Assembly (NCBI GenBank): GCA_963575745.1
Contig: CAUYUJ010000291.1
Span: forward strand, 62,001-115,722
DNA: 53,722 nt
Origin: Prorocentrum cordatum
Lineage: Eukaryota
Direction: 5' to 3'
The notes under the pieces are model-generated. The model was not told the DNA's origin. It saw nothing but the letters and a program-made list of their open reading frames with translations, and ran no database searches. Within the stretch, counting starts at the first letter, position 1. Every line of letters starts with the position of its first letter. Below, piece after piece: positions 23,816 through 34,894 of this stretch. A program made the position numbers and the translations under genes.

Positions 23816-24750
23816 GTGGCCTCTTTGGCGGCGGGCAGAGTTCCAGCGGTGGCCTGGGCATGTCGGCATCGTCGCAGAGCTCTGGCGGACTCTTCGCCAG
23901 CGCGGCTGTCAGCTCGAGTGGCGCAGCAGCGCCGCATGGCTTCGGGGCGTCAGCGTCTACGTCCGCACCAGCAGTGGACCCGGTGCAGGGGTACAAGGAC
24001 AGGATCGTCGCAATCTACCAGCAGCACAACCCGCAGAAGGTCGGGGAGGTGGACGCCCTGATGACGAAGTACAGAGGCCAGGAGTACGTGCTCTACCAGA
24101 AGATCTGCAAGAAGTACAGCGTGCCTCCTCAGCCTGAGATACAGAGCGCAGCAGCAGCCGCAGGCGCTGGCTTGTTCGGCGCCCCTCAGGGCGGGGCCGG
24201 AGGCCTCTTCGGAGGCTCGCAGGGCGGCGGCCTCTTCGGATCCACGGCGGGCGCGCCCGCAGCGCCGCAGTCCTCGGGCGGCCTGTTCGGAGGCGGCGCA
24301 GCGCAGAGCTCCGGCGGCGGCCTCTTCGGCGGCGCCCCCGCGCAGAGCTCCGGCGGCGGTCTCTTCGGCGGCGCCCCAGCTCAGAGCTCTGGCGGCGGTC
24401 TCTTCGGAGCAGCGCCGAGCGCTGGAGGGGGCCTCTTCGGAGGTGGCGCTGCGCCCGCGCAGAGCTCCGGCGGCGGCCTCTTCGGCGGCGCCCCCGCGCA
24501 GAGCTCTGGCGGCGGCCTCTTCGGGGCGGAGGCGAGCGCTGGCAGCCCGTTCGGAGGGGGGGCGCCGAGCGCCGCCTTCGGCGTCGCGCATGCCAGCCCT
24601 TTCGGCGGTCAGGCTGCCGTGCCTGGCATGGGCGCGGCCGTGGGGGATAAGGCCGCCGAATGCAGGCAGCGGATCACCGCCATCTACCAGCAGTACAACC
24701 CGACGAAGCTGGGCGAAATCGAGAACCTGCTCGTGAAGTACCGGGCCAAG
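23816..24750 (+). CDS. FG-nucleoporin exon 6 (GGLFGG repeats, helical module 4 and partial module 5)
   Basis: Acceptor GTAAG|GT phase 1; GGLFGGGQSSSGG...YKDRIVAIYQQHNPQK...CRQRITAIYQQYNPTKLGEIENLLVKYR. Probable donor at 24745 (GC) or 24751 (GA); later exons not identified. Confidence 0.8.
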
Positions 24751-24914
24751 GATCTTGTGGGCGGGATACATATCCGTATCCATGGCCTCGCGGGCCATGT
24801 CCTTGACCGCAACCCCGTGGATAAGGGCTTTGATTTCGCGGCCCCGCGCGGAACGTAATTTGTCCAGGCTACCGCGTATCCACGGAAAGAGCGTGTTCTA
24901 CCGCTGCTGGCGGA

Positions 24915-25800
24915 AAACCGGGGGGGGGGTCACTACCGGTTCGAACCCCTCCCCCCCCCCCCCCCCATCCGGAAAAAACCGGGGGGCTCACTACCGGTTC
25001 GAACCCCCCCCCCCCCCCAGTTCATCATGAAAAGGGGGGGGTCACTACCGGTTCGAACCCCTCCCCCCCCTCGAAAACCGAGTGGGGGTGCGGACAGTGG
25101 TGGGGACGGTGTTGGTGGGGGCAGTGGTGAGGGGACAGCGGGAAAGTGGTGGGGACAGTGGGACAGTGGGACAGTGGTGGGGACGGTAGTGGTGGGGACA
25201 GTGGTGGGGACAATGGTGGGAACAGGGGGGACAGTTGACAGTGGTGGGGACGGTGGTGGTGGGGACAGTGGTGGTGAGGACAGTGGGAATGAGGTGGAAA
25301 CAGTGGGATAGTGGAGGGTACAATGGTGGTGGGGACAGTGGTAAAGGCGGTGGCGAGGACGGCGGTGGGACAATGGGACAAGGGTACAGTGGTGACAGTT
25401 GGAGTGGGGACTGAGGGGACAGTGTGGAACAGTGGGACAACTCAGTGTGACAGCGGCGGAGTCAGTGGGACAGTGGGGACAAGTGGGGATAATTGTGGCA
25501 GTGTTGGGCCGTGGAGGCAGTGGGGAGAGCGGAACGTGGTGGGAACAGTGGTGGGGACAGTTGGGACTGTGCAACAGTGGTGGGGGCACTGGTGGGGACA
25601 CAGTGGGGACAGTGACAGTGGTGGTGAGGACAGTGGTGCTGGGAACAACGTGGAGGATGTGATGCGGACGGTGGTAGGGACCGGGAGTCGTTTGCTGGCG
25701 GTGAGTGGGGGGGTGGGGAGGGGTTCGAACCGCGTAGTGACCCCCCTCCGGTTTTTCGAGGGGGGTGGGGGGGGTAGTGACCCCCCCCGGTTTTCGAGGG
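24915..25800. repeat. Element with ACCGGTTCGAACCCC arms and a GGGACAGTGG minisatellite core
   Basis: Three TCACTACCGGTTCGAACCCC units on the left, an inverted unit at about 25720-25745, and a GGGACAGTG-type core at 25090-25640. Confidence 0.6.
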
Positions 25801-25896
25801 GGGAGATGGGGGGGGGGACGGGTTAGGGGAGGGGGGGGTTTTGCTGGGGGAGGGGGGGGGGTCCAGCAAGGGAGGGATTTTCGGAGGGGGGGGGGG

Positions 25897-26091
25897 GGCG
25901 ACCCCCGGGCTCCGGAGGAAAAGGTTGGCAGTTTTCCACAGTAAAGCGTCGGTGGATCACGTTCTCTCCTTTTTATTATATATATATATATTAGGGCGAC
26001 CCCCGGGCTCCGGAGGAAAAGGTTGGCAATTTTCCACAGTAAAGCGTCGGTGGATCACGTTCTCTCCTTTTTATTATATATATATATATTA
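25897..26091. repeat. ~97-bp tandem duplication followed by (ATT)n
   Basis: GGCGACCCCCGGGCTCCGGAGGAAAAGGTTGGCA...TATATATTA occurs twice; (ATT)n at about 26100-26280. Confidence 0.85.
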
Positions 26092-26381
26092 GTGTTATCA
26101 TTATTAATATTTTTTTTTATTATTATTATCATCATCATTATTATTACTATTATTATTATTATCATTATTATTATTATTATCATTATTATTATTATTATTA
26201 TAATTATTATTATCGTTAGTATTATTTTATTATTATTATTATATTATTATTATTATTATTATTTATTATTATTATTATATTTATATATAGGTATTGGGAT
26301 TGGTCTGGCACTTTCTCGCCCGCTTGCCGTGGTGCTCGCTCCTGATGGGCATGGATTGTTTACATATTGCTCTTAGTGTTA

Positions 26382-26536
26382 AGTCGGACATGTCTCTCTA
26401 CAGGGGGGATATCCAAAACTAGTCAAAGCATATTCTGTGGACTAATGTTTGATAATGTCGAGCATTTCGGGGGTATTTTCTGGGGAATTTTTAATTATGT
26501 CGTCCAAGATCCCCCTGTTTGGGGACAGGCCCGACT
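26382..26536. mobile_element. AT-rich MITE family with GTCGGGCCTGTCCC / GGGACAGGCCCGAC TIRs
   Basis: Other copies at about 35559-35895, 36043-36282 and 39643-39797. Confidence 0.7.
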
Positions 26537-28957
26537 TAATCTTAGTGTGTGTGTGCTTTGACAAATCTAGAGACGATGGCGACGTCGAAACCGACGATGA
26601 CGACAACGGAAGCGACGACGAACACCGACAGCGACGGCGGGGACGGAGCCGGGCATGACGACGGAAGCGATGAGGTTTCCACGACGACCTCGACGGCAAG
26701 CACGGAACCGACGACGACGACGACGACAGCGGAAACGATGAGGAAAAGCGATGACGGCAACGACGGAGGCGGCATGAGGCGAGAGCAGGGACGACGTGGG
26801 TGCCGACGGGGGCGTCGAACCGCCCGTCACCCCGAGGTGCACCGGGCGCCCGCGGCAAGATGACGGGGCGCCTTGGGGGGCGGCCGTTGTCGTCAGGGTC
26901 GTCGCCGCCCTCGAGGGCGAGCGTCGAGGACGCATCCGTCGATGGAGGCTCCAGGCTTCTTGGCGCCTCCCGCTCCCTCCTGGGGCTCCGGGGGGGCGCC
27001 GGGCGACTGCGGCAGGGGGGCGGGGGCGCCCCAAGGCTGCCGCCGCCGCCTCCAGAGCCGCCGCCGCCTCAGCGATGCGCAGGGGGCGCCCTCTCGCGGG
27101 GGTGGCCGGCGCGGGGGCGCCGCCGCGGCGCCCTCCCTCGGCAGCGGGACGGATCGGCCACGCGCAGAGGGGGGCAGGGGGAGGGGGGAGGGGGTCTTGG
27201 GAGCACCCCGGTCTCTCAGGAGGCGCGGGCCTGGTCTGCAGATGCAGGGCGGGGGCCTTCCAGGAATTCAGCTCCCCTCTGCGACGCCTTCCCCCCGTCC
27301 CCTTAGTCACCCCCCTCCTAAAACAAGGCTAGGATCGGGATAAATCGCTCCAGAGCGTTCCGGAGCGTTCTCAGAGCGTTCCGGAACGCTCTGGAGCGGC
27401 CGCGGCGCCCAATACATCCTCCAAACCTGCCGATTATCAGAGATTTCGAGTTATCCCGATCCGATTTTGTCCCGATCTTCCCGTCGTTTTACCTCTGCGC
27501 GCCGCCGCGGCGCCCTCCCTGGGGAGCGGGGCGAAGGCGCGCGCGCGCGGGGGCGCTCACGTGGCGCACGCGCGCGGGAGCTCGCGCGGCGTGGGTGCGG
27601 CCCCGCGGGTGGGGGGCGGCGCGTCTGCGTGCGCGGCCCCGCCCGCGCCCCCGTGCCTCGGTCTGCCACGGATGCGCCCCGCCCCTTGCCGCGGGTGCGC
27701 CCCGCCCATGAGCATAAACTTCTGGCGCTCCGCGCGGGCTTCTCGGATCCGCGCTGGCCCCCCCCCTGGCGGCGCCTCCGGCGGCGCCCCTTCTGCGCGT
27801 TCCGCGCGCCGGCGAGGGGGGTCCCGCGCGGACCCCAGAGGTCCGCGCGGAGCGCCGCTTCTGCCTGTGGGCGCTCTTTCTTCCGCTGTCTGACCGATTG
27901 CTGGACACGTGCGCGGCTGGGCGCGCACGCCTGGGAGCCCCTGGCCTCCCAGGCGCCCAGGGGAGGAGGAGGAGGAGGAGGAGGAGGAGGAGGAGGAGGA
28001 GGAGGAGGAGGAGGAGGAAGACGAGGAGGAGGAGGAGGATGAGGAGAGGAAGACGAGGAGAGGAGATGAGCACGAGGACGAGGAGGGAGGAAGCGAGGAG
28101 AAGGAAGATGCGGAGAAGGAGGAGGAGGAGGAGGAGGAAGGAGGAGAGGGGGAGGAGGAGGATGACGGGGACGCGAGGAGGATGAGCAGGACGAGGAGGA
28201 GAGAGGACGAGAGGAGGAGGAGGAGGAGGAGGAGATGACGGAGGAGGAGAGGAGGAGGAGGAGGAGGAGGAGGAGGAGGAGGAGGACGAGGAGGAGGACG
28301 AGGACGAGGACGAGGACGAGGAGGAGGAGGAGGAGGAGGCGGAGCCCCCCCCCTCCCCGACGGCGCTCCGCAGCGGGCCGCCCGCCGAGGGTGCGGCTCC
28401 CTCGCGAGCCGCCGCGGGCGCGGGCGCGCGGGCGCGCGCCCCGTGCGGCGTGCGCGGGGGGCGCTGCCCGAGCTGTGCTCGACCCCCTCCTCCTCCTCCT
28501 CCGCCTCCTCCTCCTCCTCCTCCTCCTCCTCCTCCTCCTCCTCCTCCTCCTCCTCCTCCTCCTCCTCCTCCTCCCCCCTCCTCCTCCTCCTACCTCCTAC
28601 CTCCTCCTCCTCCTCCTCCTCCTCCTCCTCCTCCTCCTCCTCCTCGGCCCCCGCGGCTCAGCTGGGGGTCGCCTCCTCGGGGCCAGCGAGGGCGCCCTCT
28701 GGGGCGCGTTCTGGCAGCTGCGCCTCGCCGGGGGTGTTCCGAGGGTGCCCGGATCATCCCGAACGGCCGCCAGGAGGCCGAGCGGTGACCCAGAAGCCAC
28801 ACGGCCGCCCAGATGGGGGGGGGGTCATGGCAGTTTTCCAGCCTCGGGGCGCAATAGGGGCCAGCGAAGGCGTCCTCGAAGGCGCGAAGTTCCTCGCGCA
28901 CCGCGCTTGCCGCGGCTCGGATCGCCTCTTCTCAGCCTCCTTCTCCTCTTCGGCTCA

Positions 28958-28979
28958 GCCGTAGCCATTTTGGCTCAAG
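28958..28979 (+). other. Dinoflagellate spliced leader (DinoSL), genomic retro-integrated copy
   Basis: GCCGTAGCCATTTTGGCTCAAG is a 22/22 match to DCCGTAGCCATTTTGGCTCAAG. It is followed by A rather than an intron donor, so it is not an SL RNA gene. Confidence 0.95.
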
Positions 28980-29055
28980 ATGCTTTGTTCCACAGGGGAA
29001 CGCGTGGATACCGTTAGTCCGCGGCCAGTTTGCAGTCCTTCCCCTGGTCAGCCCC

Positions 29056-30109
29056 ATGGCGAGCGCCGAGGTGGTCCGCCCCACCTCGGCTTCGAGGCCC
29101 GCGCAAGCCCCACTGGTGCTGCGGGCAATGCGGGCGCGCGGAGAACTGGGCGTGCCGCATCCAGTGCCTCTGCGGCCGCGACGCGCCTGCTGCCATCCTC
29201 TCGCGTGCTCGCCAGAAGCACAAGGAGGCCGATGCTGGCGGAGGCGGCGGCAAGAAGGCGGGCTTCAAGCAAGGAGGCCCGGCGACGCAGGGCATCCCCA
29301 AGCAGCTTGCGGAGTGGATGCAGGCCATCGAGAAGCGCTTGGCGCCGCCCGACAAGGAGTGGCCCAAGCCTGGCGGCACAGCGCCGTGGCGCGAGGCCGC
29401 AGACGGCGCTTACCCTGATAAGAAGTCGCAGAGTGCCAAGCTCGGCGAGCGGATCACGGAGCTCGAGGGGTGCCTTCCGAAGCTTCCACCCGCCGACGAG
29501 CGCAACAAGGATCTTCGGGGTCCGATCGAGAAGCAGTTGGAGGCGCTGCGCACGGAGAAGCGTGCGCTACTGTCTCCCCAGGCCCTCCATCGGCGCACGC
29601 AGCAGGATTTGCAGCGGGCGCGGAACGGCCTGGAGAAGTTGGAGAAGGAGTCGGGTGAGAAGGAGCGCCAGCTTGAGGAGTTGGCCAAGGGCATCGCGAC
29701 GCGCAAGGAGACCACCGCAGCGAAGAAGTTGGAGGTGGCGGCGCTGGGTGCGGCGTTCAGCGAGTCGGCCAAGAACGTCACCACCGTTGCGGCCGACATC
29801 GACCTGGTTGAGGACGTGGCCGACCAGCCCGACCTCGTCGCGCTCTTCAAGTCTGAGGCATGCGTCAAGATCAAGTCGGCGGTCGCCAGAAAGGCTGCTG
29901 CCCGTGCCGCCAGCGCTGGGACTGTTCCTCCTGCTGCTGATGCTGCTGATGAGGCTATGCCTGCCCCCACGGAGGTGCAGAAGCGGGCCCTCTATCATGC
30001 TCGGAGCGAAGGCAGCGTCGATGACTTCATGTCCGCCTTCGACACTATGTGGTCCGAGCTGGCGGTCGAGCGAGCGCGGCATGGGTGGTCCTTCGACTGC
30101 CTGGCCTGA
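29056..30109 (+). pseudogene. LINE ORF1: RanBP2-like zinc finger plus coiled coil
   Basis: WCCGQCGRAENWACRIQCLCG followed by a long heptad-rich helix (QQDLQRARNGLEKLEKESGEKERQLEELAK). Likely start is ATG 29056 with an early frameshift into the 29030 frame; stop at 30109. Confidence 0.75.
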
Positions 30110-33100
30110 CGTTTGTGGGCTGCCTGGGCGTGGGCGGGCGCCGCCGAGCGGGGCCAGGCCGACGGTCGGCGCTGAGTTCAGCATCGAGACCTACAACGCC
30201 AGCGGCGGCAAGGCGTCCGTCAAGAAGCGCCTCGCCAACACGATGGCGAGCGTGGTGCTGCTGCAGGAGTTCGTGCACATCAGCGAGCACGTCGAGGCTG
30301 TGGCTTCATGGTGCGGTGTGCGGGGTTGGAGGCTTATGGCGTTGCCGAGCCTGCCGACTTCTGGTTCTGTGCCGTCGGCAGGTGTTGCTGGTGCCGTGCG
30401 CGATCGTCTCGGACTTCGTCCTCCTGCCATCGGTGTGCATGAGGTCGTCCCGAACCGAGTTCAGAATGTTCTCACAGATAGACCCGAGCTGCCTGTCGGC
30501 CTGCATGCTTTCAACGTGTACCTGCACACTGGTGAGGGCGCCGCTGGCCGCAACGGCAGCCTGTTGCAAGAGTTGGGCCTCGCTGCTGAGGCACTGGGCG
30601 GTCCAGTCTTCATTGGCGGTGATTGGAACATGTGCCCAGGCGAGTTGGAGGCGAGCCAGTTCCCCGCTCACGTTGGTTGTTCGATTGTGAGCTCGTCTTC
30701 TGTCACGTTTCGAGGAGGTACAGGTCAGTCTGTCATCGATTTTTCCTCCTCAACTCAGCGGCCATGAGGATGCATGCCAGTGTCGGCATTGCTGTCAAGT
30801 GGGCTAAGCGAGGCCATCGGCCTGTTCATATTGCCCTCAAATGTGATGCTGAGCACGTCAAGCGGCTGGTCTACACGGTGGCGCCAAAGATGGGCACCCA
30901 GATCATCATCGGGCCGCAAGTGCAGCCGCCCACCTACACCAGCGCTCGGTGTGTTGCCGAAGCTACTGTCCAGTCGCGTGGCGATCCTGAGTCTCCCCCT
31001 GGATTTGGATGGGGCCTTTTCTCGGCGGCGCGGGGCCACCTCGCTGTCGCAGCCGCAGGGGCTATCGCGAACGCTGTGGGTCATCAGGATCGCAGAGTTC
31101 TTTTTGGTTTCGCTCGGTACTTGCAACCTCGGTGGGCCGACGTCACCAATGCGGTCAAAGACGCGTCCGACCTGCAGGCTGATGCCGAGGGTTGGCAATG
31201 GTTGAAGTCTTCCCTCCTCAGCATCATGCAGTGCAAGACGGTGGCCAACCCGGCCGTGCCGGACCTGTCGTTGGCTGCCGAGGAGATCCTCAACTTCGCG
31301 ACGGCCAACTACCATGGGCAGGGCCTTGCCGCGCGCCTCGATCGATCTGTTCAGCAGGCGCGCGGCGTGGTGCAGGCTGGCTTTGAGGAGGAGGCATGCC
31401 GCGAGCTCCTAGGGGACATTGAGCCCGACGTCAAGCTCGCGGTCAACGGAGCTACCCAGGAGGACCGCCAGAAGTGGAAGGAGTGGTGTGCCATGGCCGT
31501 TTCCAATGGCTCACGCCTCCTCCACCGCACTACGAAGTACCGTGACGTTGCTCAGCCCACGGCGGTCCCAACGGCCCATGGTGCGTCGGCTCATGTGCAC
31601 GATGTTGTTCGGCACGAAGTGGAGTTGTACAAGAGGTTGTGGTCCACTTCCCGTCCAGTGCCAGCATGGATTCCTGACCGAACGGCGTTGCCGAAGGTGA
31701 ATCCTGGCGAGATAGGTGCAGTTGCGCGATCGTTCTCGCACGACACCACGGCAGCGCCTGATCATTTTAATCCCCGTCACCTCATTCTCTTGGAGGGTCA
31801 GGCCCTCGAGGTGGTCGCCCTGATGTTCAAGACGATGGAGTCTTTGGGGCTACCGCCGAGGCAGCTGTGCTGGTTGATCGCGCCGATGCTACCCAAGACG
31901 TCTGGTTATGGCAATCGGTTGGTGGTGCTCTACGCTGGGCCCTACAGGATTTGGCAGCGGATGCGACGGCCAGTGCTTCGAGAGCTGCAGGGGCAGATTC
32001 ACAGGCCGTACTGGGGTGCTGCTCGTGGGAGGTCCTCCGTTCGCTTGTGCGTGGCTTCAGGCGGCTGAGGGTGAGGCCGACAGCAAGCAGGCCCACCGTG
32101 GCGCACTCGCAGTTGCCGGTTTCAACAAGTACTACGAGCGCATTCCTTTGACCATGCTGCGCGACAAGTACATCAGTTTCAACGCGCCCACGGCCTTCCT
32201 GAAGTTGGCGTGCAACATGTGGCGTGCGCCACGTGTGCTGGGGTTAGCTGTTCATCATGCGGAGCAGGCCCTTTGTGCCGAATGCGGCCTCCCTGCTGGA
32301 GATGTGTTTTGTGATGTTTCGGTCAAGGTATGGTCTGTGAGGGGGTATGACTGCTTCCTTGTCAGACAGCCGTTCATTCAGTTTGTGAGCTACATTCACG
32401 ACAACTCGGTTCGGGTGTCGTCTACCACGGTGAGCACGACTACTTCATGATGGTCAACGCAATGCTGGAGTTCAGGGAGGCGGTCACTGAGCTCGACGCG
32501 ATCATCAACGACAAGCTGGTGATTGTCGGCACCACCCTTTCCCTTGCGCAGGGCATCGTGTCCAGGCTCGGCCTACCTGCCTCCGTTGCGAGGCGCAGCG
32601 CTGTCTATGTTGGCGTCGACGTCAGCGAGGGCAGCATGGGGGGCCGACCAGGGAGTGCCCACCAGGCGCGCCAAGCGCAAGGTGCACATGCTGAGGCGCA
32701 TGCGGAAGATCAGGCCCTTCGGCAAGGCCATCACTGGCCACAAGGCGCAGTCTATCGGCCGCGTCATCCGTGCTGGCGCCTTGCCCGAGGCCACCTACGG
32801 CAGTGAGGTCGTCGGGCTCAGCAACTCGGAGTCGCTGAGGTGCAGGCGTGATGTCGCTCGAGGCCAACTTCCTGTGCATGGTGGTGTGAGCCTTTCGAGC
32901 AAGACTGTCTTGCTCGGTGATGGCGCCGCTGCATCCGCTATTGCGCCTGCCATCCAGTGGTGCAGAATGTTGTGGCAATCGGATGTCTGCAGACACCCGC
33001 TCGCTGTGCGTGCTCGTTTGTTGAGGCTATGGCGTGAAGCCAAGCCTTTTTCAGGTCACCGACTGGGCATCTAGTCGTGGCCCCTTGTCTCGAGCTGTGC

Positions 33101-34894
33101 TAGCTGCGCAGCGTGCGGGCTGGCGAGTCTTGTCCGCGATAAGCTGGATGGACCATCGAGGGGCGACAATCGACGTTAGCAGAACGCCTCCGAGTATGCT
33201 TTCAACTCTCACGTTTGCTGGCATTCAGCGCCAGCACGAGAGGGCTTTGGCCATGCAGCTGGGAGCTCCGACAGGTTACAGGGCCTCGCTTGGCTTCGTT
33301 CGGTCGCCGGTCGGCGATCGGTCTCGACGGCTTTCTAGTCTGCAGAAGTTGCTTGTTGGGAGCTGTTCGTGCCGCGGAGTCTGGGCCAAGGCCCGCGCCC
33401 GGGCTGCTGGCTACATTTGCGATGGCCTTTGTGCGTGCGGCCAGAGGCAGACAATCAAGCACTGTTTGAATGAATGCATGCTGCCTGCCGTCATCGCCGC
33501 CCGCACTGAGGCTAAAGTCAGCCCCCTATTCATCAGTGCAGGTATCGGGTCTGGCGATCCCATCTTTGTGCAAGGAGCTCTCCTGTATGACGAGGGGGAA
33601 TCCCCCCCCCCCCCTTCCTGCTCGGATAAAGTGGTCCTCGAGGGCCCTGAGGGGGAGGGGTTGGCGGTTGAGTTTGAGGGTGTGGCGTCTCTCGTTCAGG
33701 GCCCTCGATTGGACGTAGCCCCCGACGGCTCCTGCACACGGCCAGGCTTAGTGGAGCTTGAGCGCGCGTCGTGGGCACTTGCAGTGCTGTCTCCTGAGTC
33801 GAATGTGCCCGTGGCAGTAATTCGAGGCCCTGTAGCTGGCGACCTCCCGCAAACGCCGAGTATCGCCGAAAGTGTTGCGCTTTGCTTGATTGGCCAGATC
33901 GCCGACCGCGAGACCCTGGCTGGCAGCGACTGCATCCCTGCGATTCGGCGATTCCAGCAGCCTGTTCAATCTCAGCTGCGCGCGTCCAACCAGGCCGCTG
34001 GCATTCTGAAGTTCGGTCGTGGCCTGGAAGGCCACCAATTCATCTCGGTTCGGCACGTCAAGGTTCGTCGGTCCCTGGGGCAGATTGACAGTCTGTCGGG
34101 CGAGGAGCGCCACTGGGCCGAAGCGAACCGTTTCGCCGATCACCACGCTAAACTTGCCGCCAGTTTACACCCTGCTCCGTCGCTTGAGTTTTTGGCCAAG
34201 CTTGACCTCGCGAGGAGTCGGGCTGCCGATTTTGTGGCGCTGGCTGCTGCAATCCTCCCGTGCTCTGTCGAGGAGAGGCCGCAGCGGTGGCGGAGACCCA
34301 CACCACTGTGCCGATAAAAGGAACTCTCGGGGGGAGGGGTGGCACGGTTGGGGTCTGGGGGAGCTCGGCTGACAGTGCGAAGTCTGTTTCAAAGTTGCGC
34401 CATCGTGTCGTAACTTGCCTTTGAATGGTTGTCTTGGGGCCCCGTCGTTTTTGAAGCCTCTCGCGGTTGACTCGACGGGACATCAGCTCGTCGCCGTCAG
34501 TGGCTCTCGTCTTGCTCCGTTGCGTGCTGTGCGGTGCCGTGCCGAAGAAGAGAGCACTAAGGCTCGACGGGGATCCTTGTTGTGTCTGAAGTGTGGAGGT
34601 CGGAGCCAGGAAAAGGCCATTAAGTTGAGCAAGCCCTGTGCCCCCTCCACCTGCACTGGTAAACTGATTTTGCCGCGTTTTCGGAGAGGGCTCGCCCCGA
34701 ACCCCCGAAGTCGTGCGTTGATCGACCGAGCGATTCCTGCCCCACGTGTCGGCCTCACAGTGGCTAGTGCGAGGGATGTCAGAGCGACGACTTCAGTTGT
34801 TGAGTACTCGGTCGGCAGTGCCATCTCTTATGAAGCTCGAATGCTTCGCTTGATGGGGCGAGTTCGAGCCCGCGAGAATAGCCGCCAGGTTTAA
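30081..34894 (+). pseudogene. LINE ORF2: AP endonuclease - reverse transcriptase - CCHC - RNase H - Cys motif, frameshifted
   Basis: APE motifs TYN, LLQE, SAGV, NVY, GGDWN, VIDF, HRPV. RT motifs LPK...R.V.LY..YRIW, GFNKYYERI, GLPAG, YIHD (degenerate YxDD), YVGV. CACG..TIKHCLNEC. RNase H motifs DGS, QT...AE, SDC, HVK, N.FAD. C-terminal CLKCG. Frameshifts near 30742, 32045, 32445, 32645, 33045 and 34300-34415. Confidence 0.9.

Noticed and set aside
28958..29040. SL RNA gene, or a second tandem SL relic after the first
   Set aside because: The SL is followed by A rather than a donor, and the downstream ATGCTTTGTTCCACAG resembles CCATTTTGGCTCAAG too weakly.
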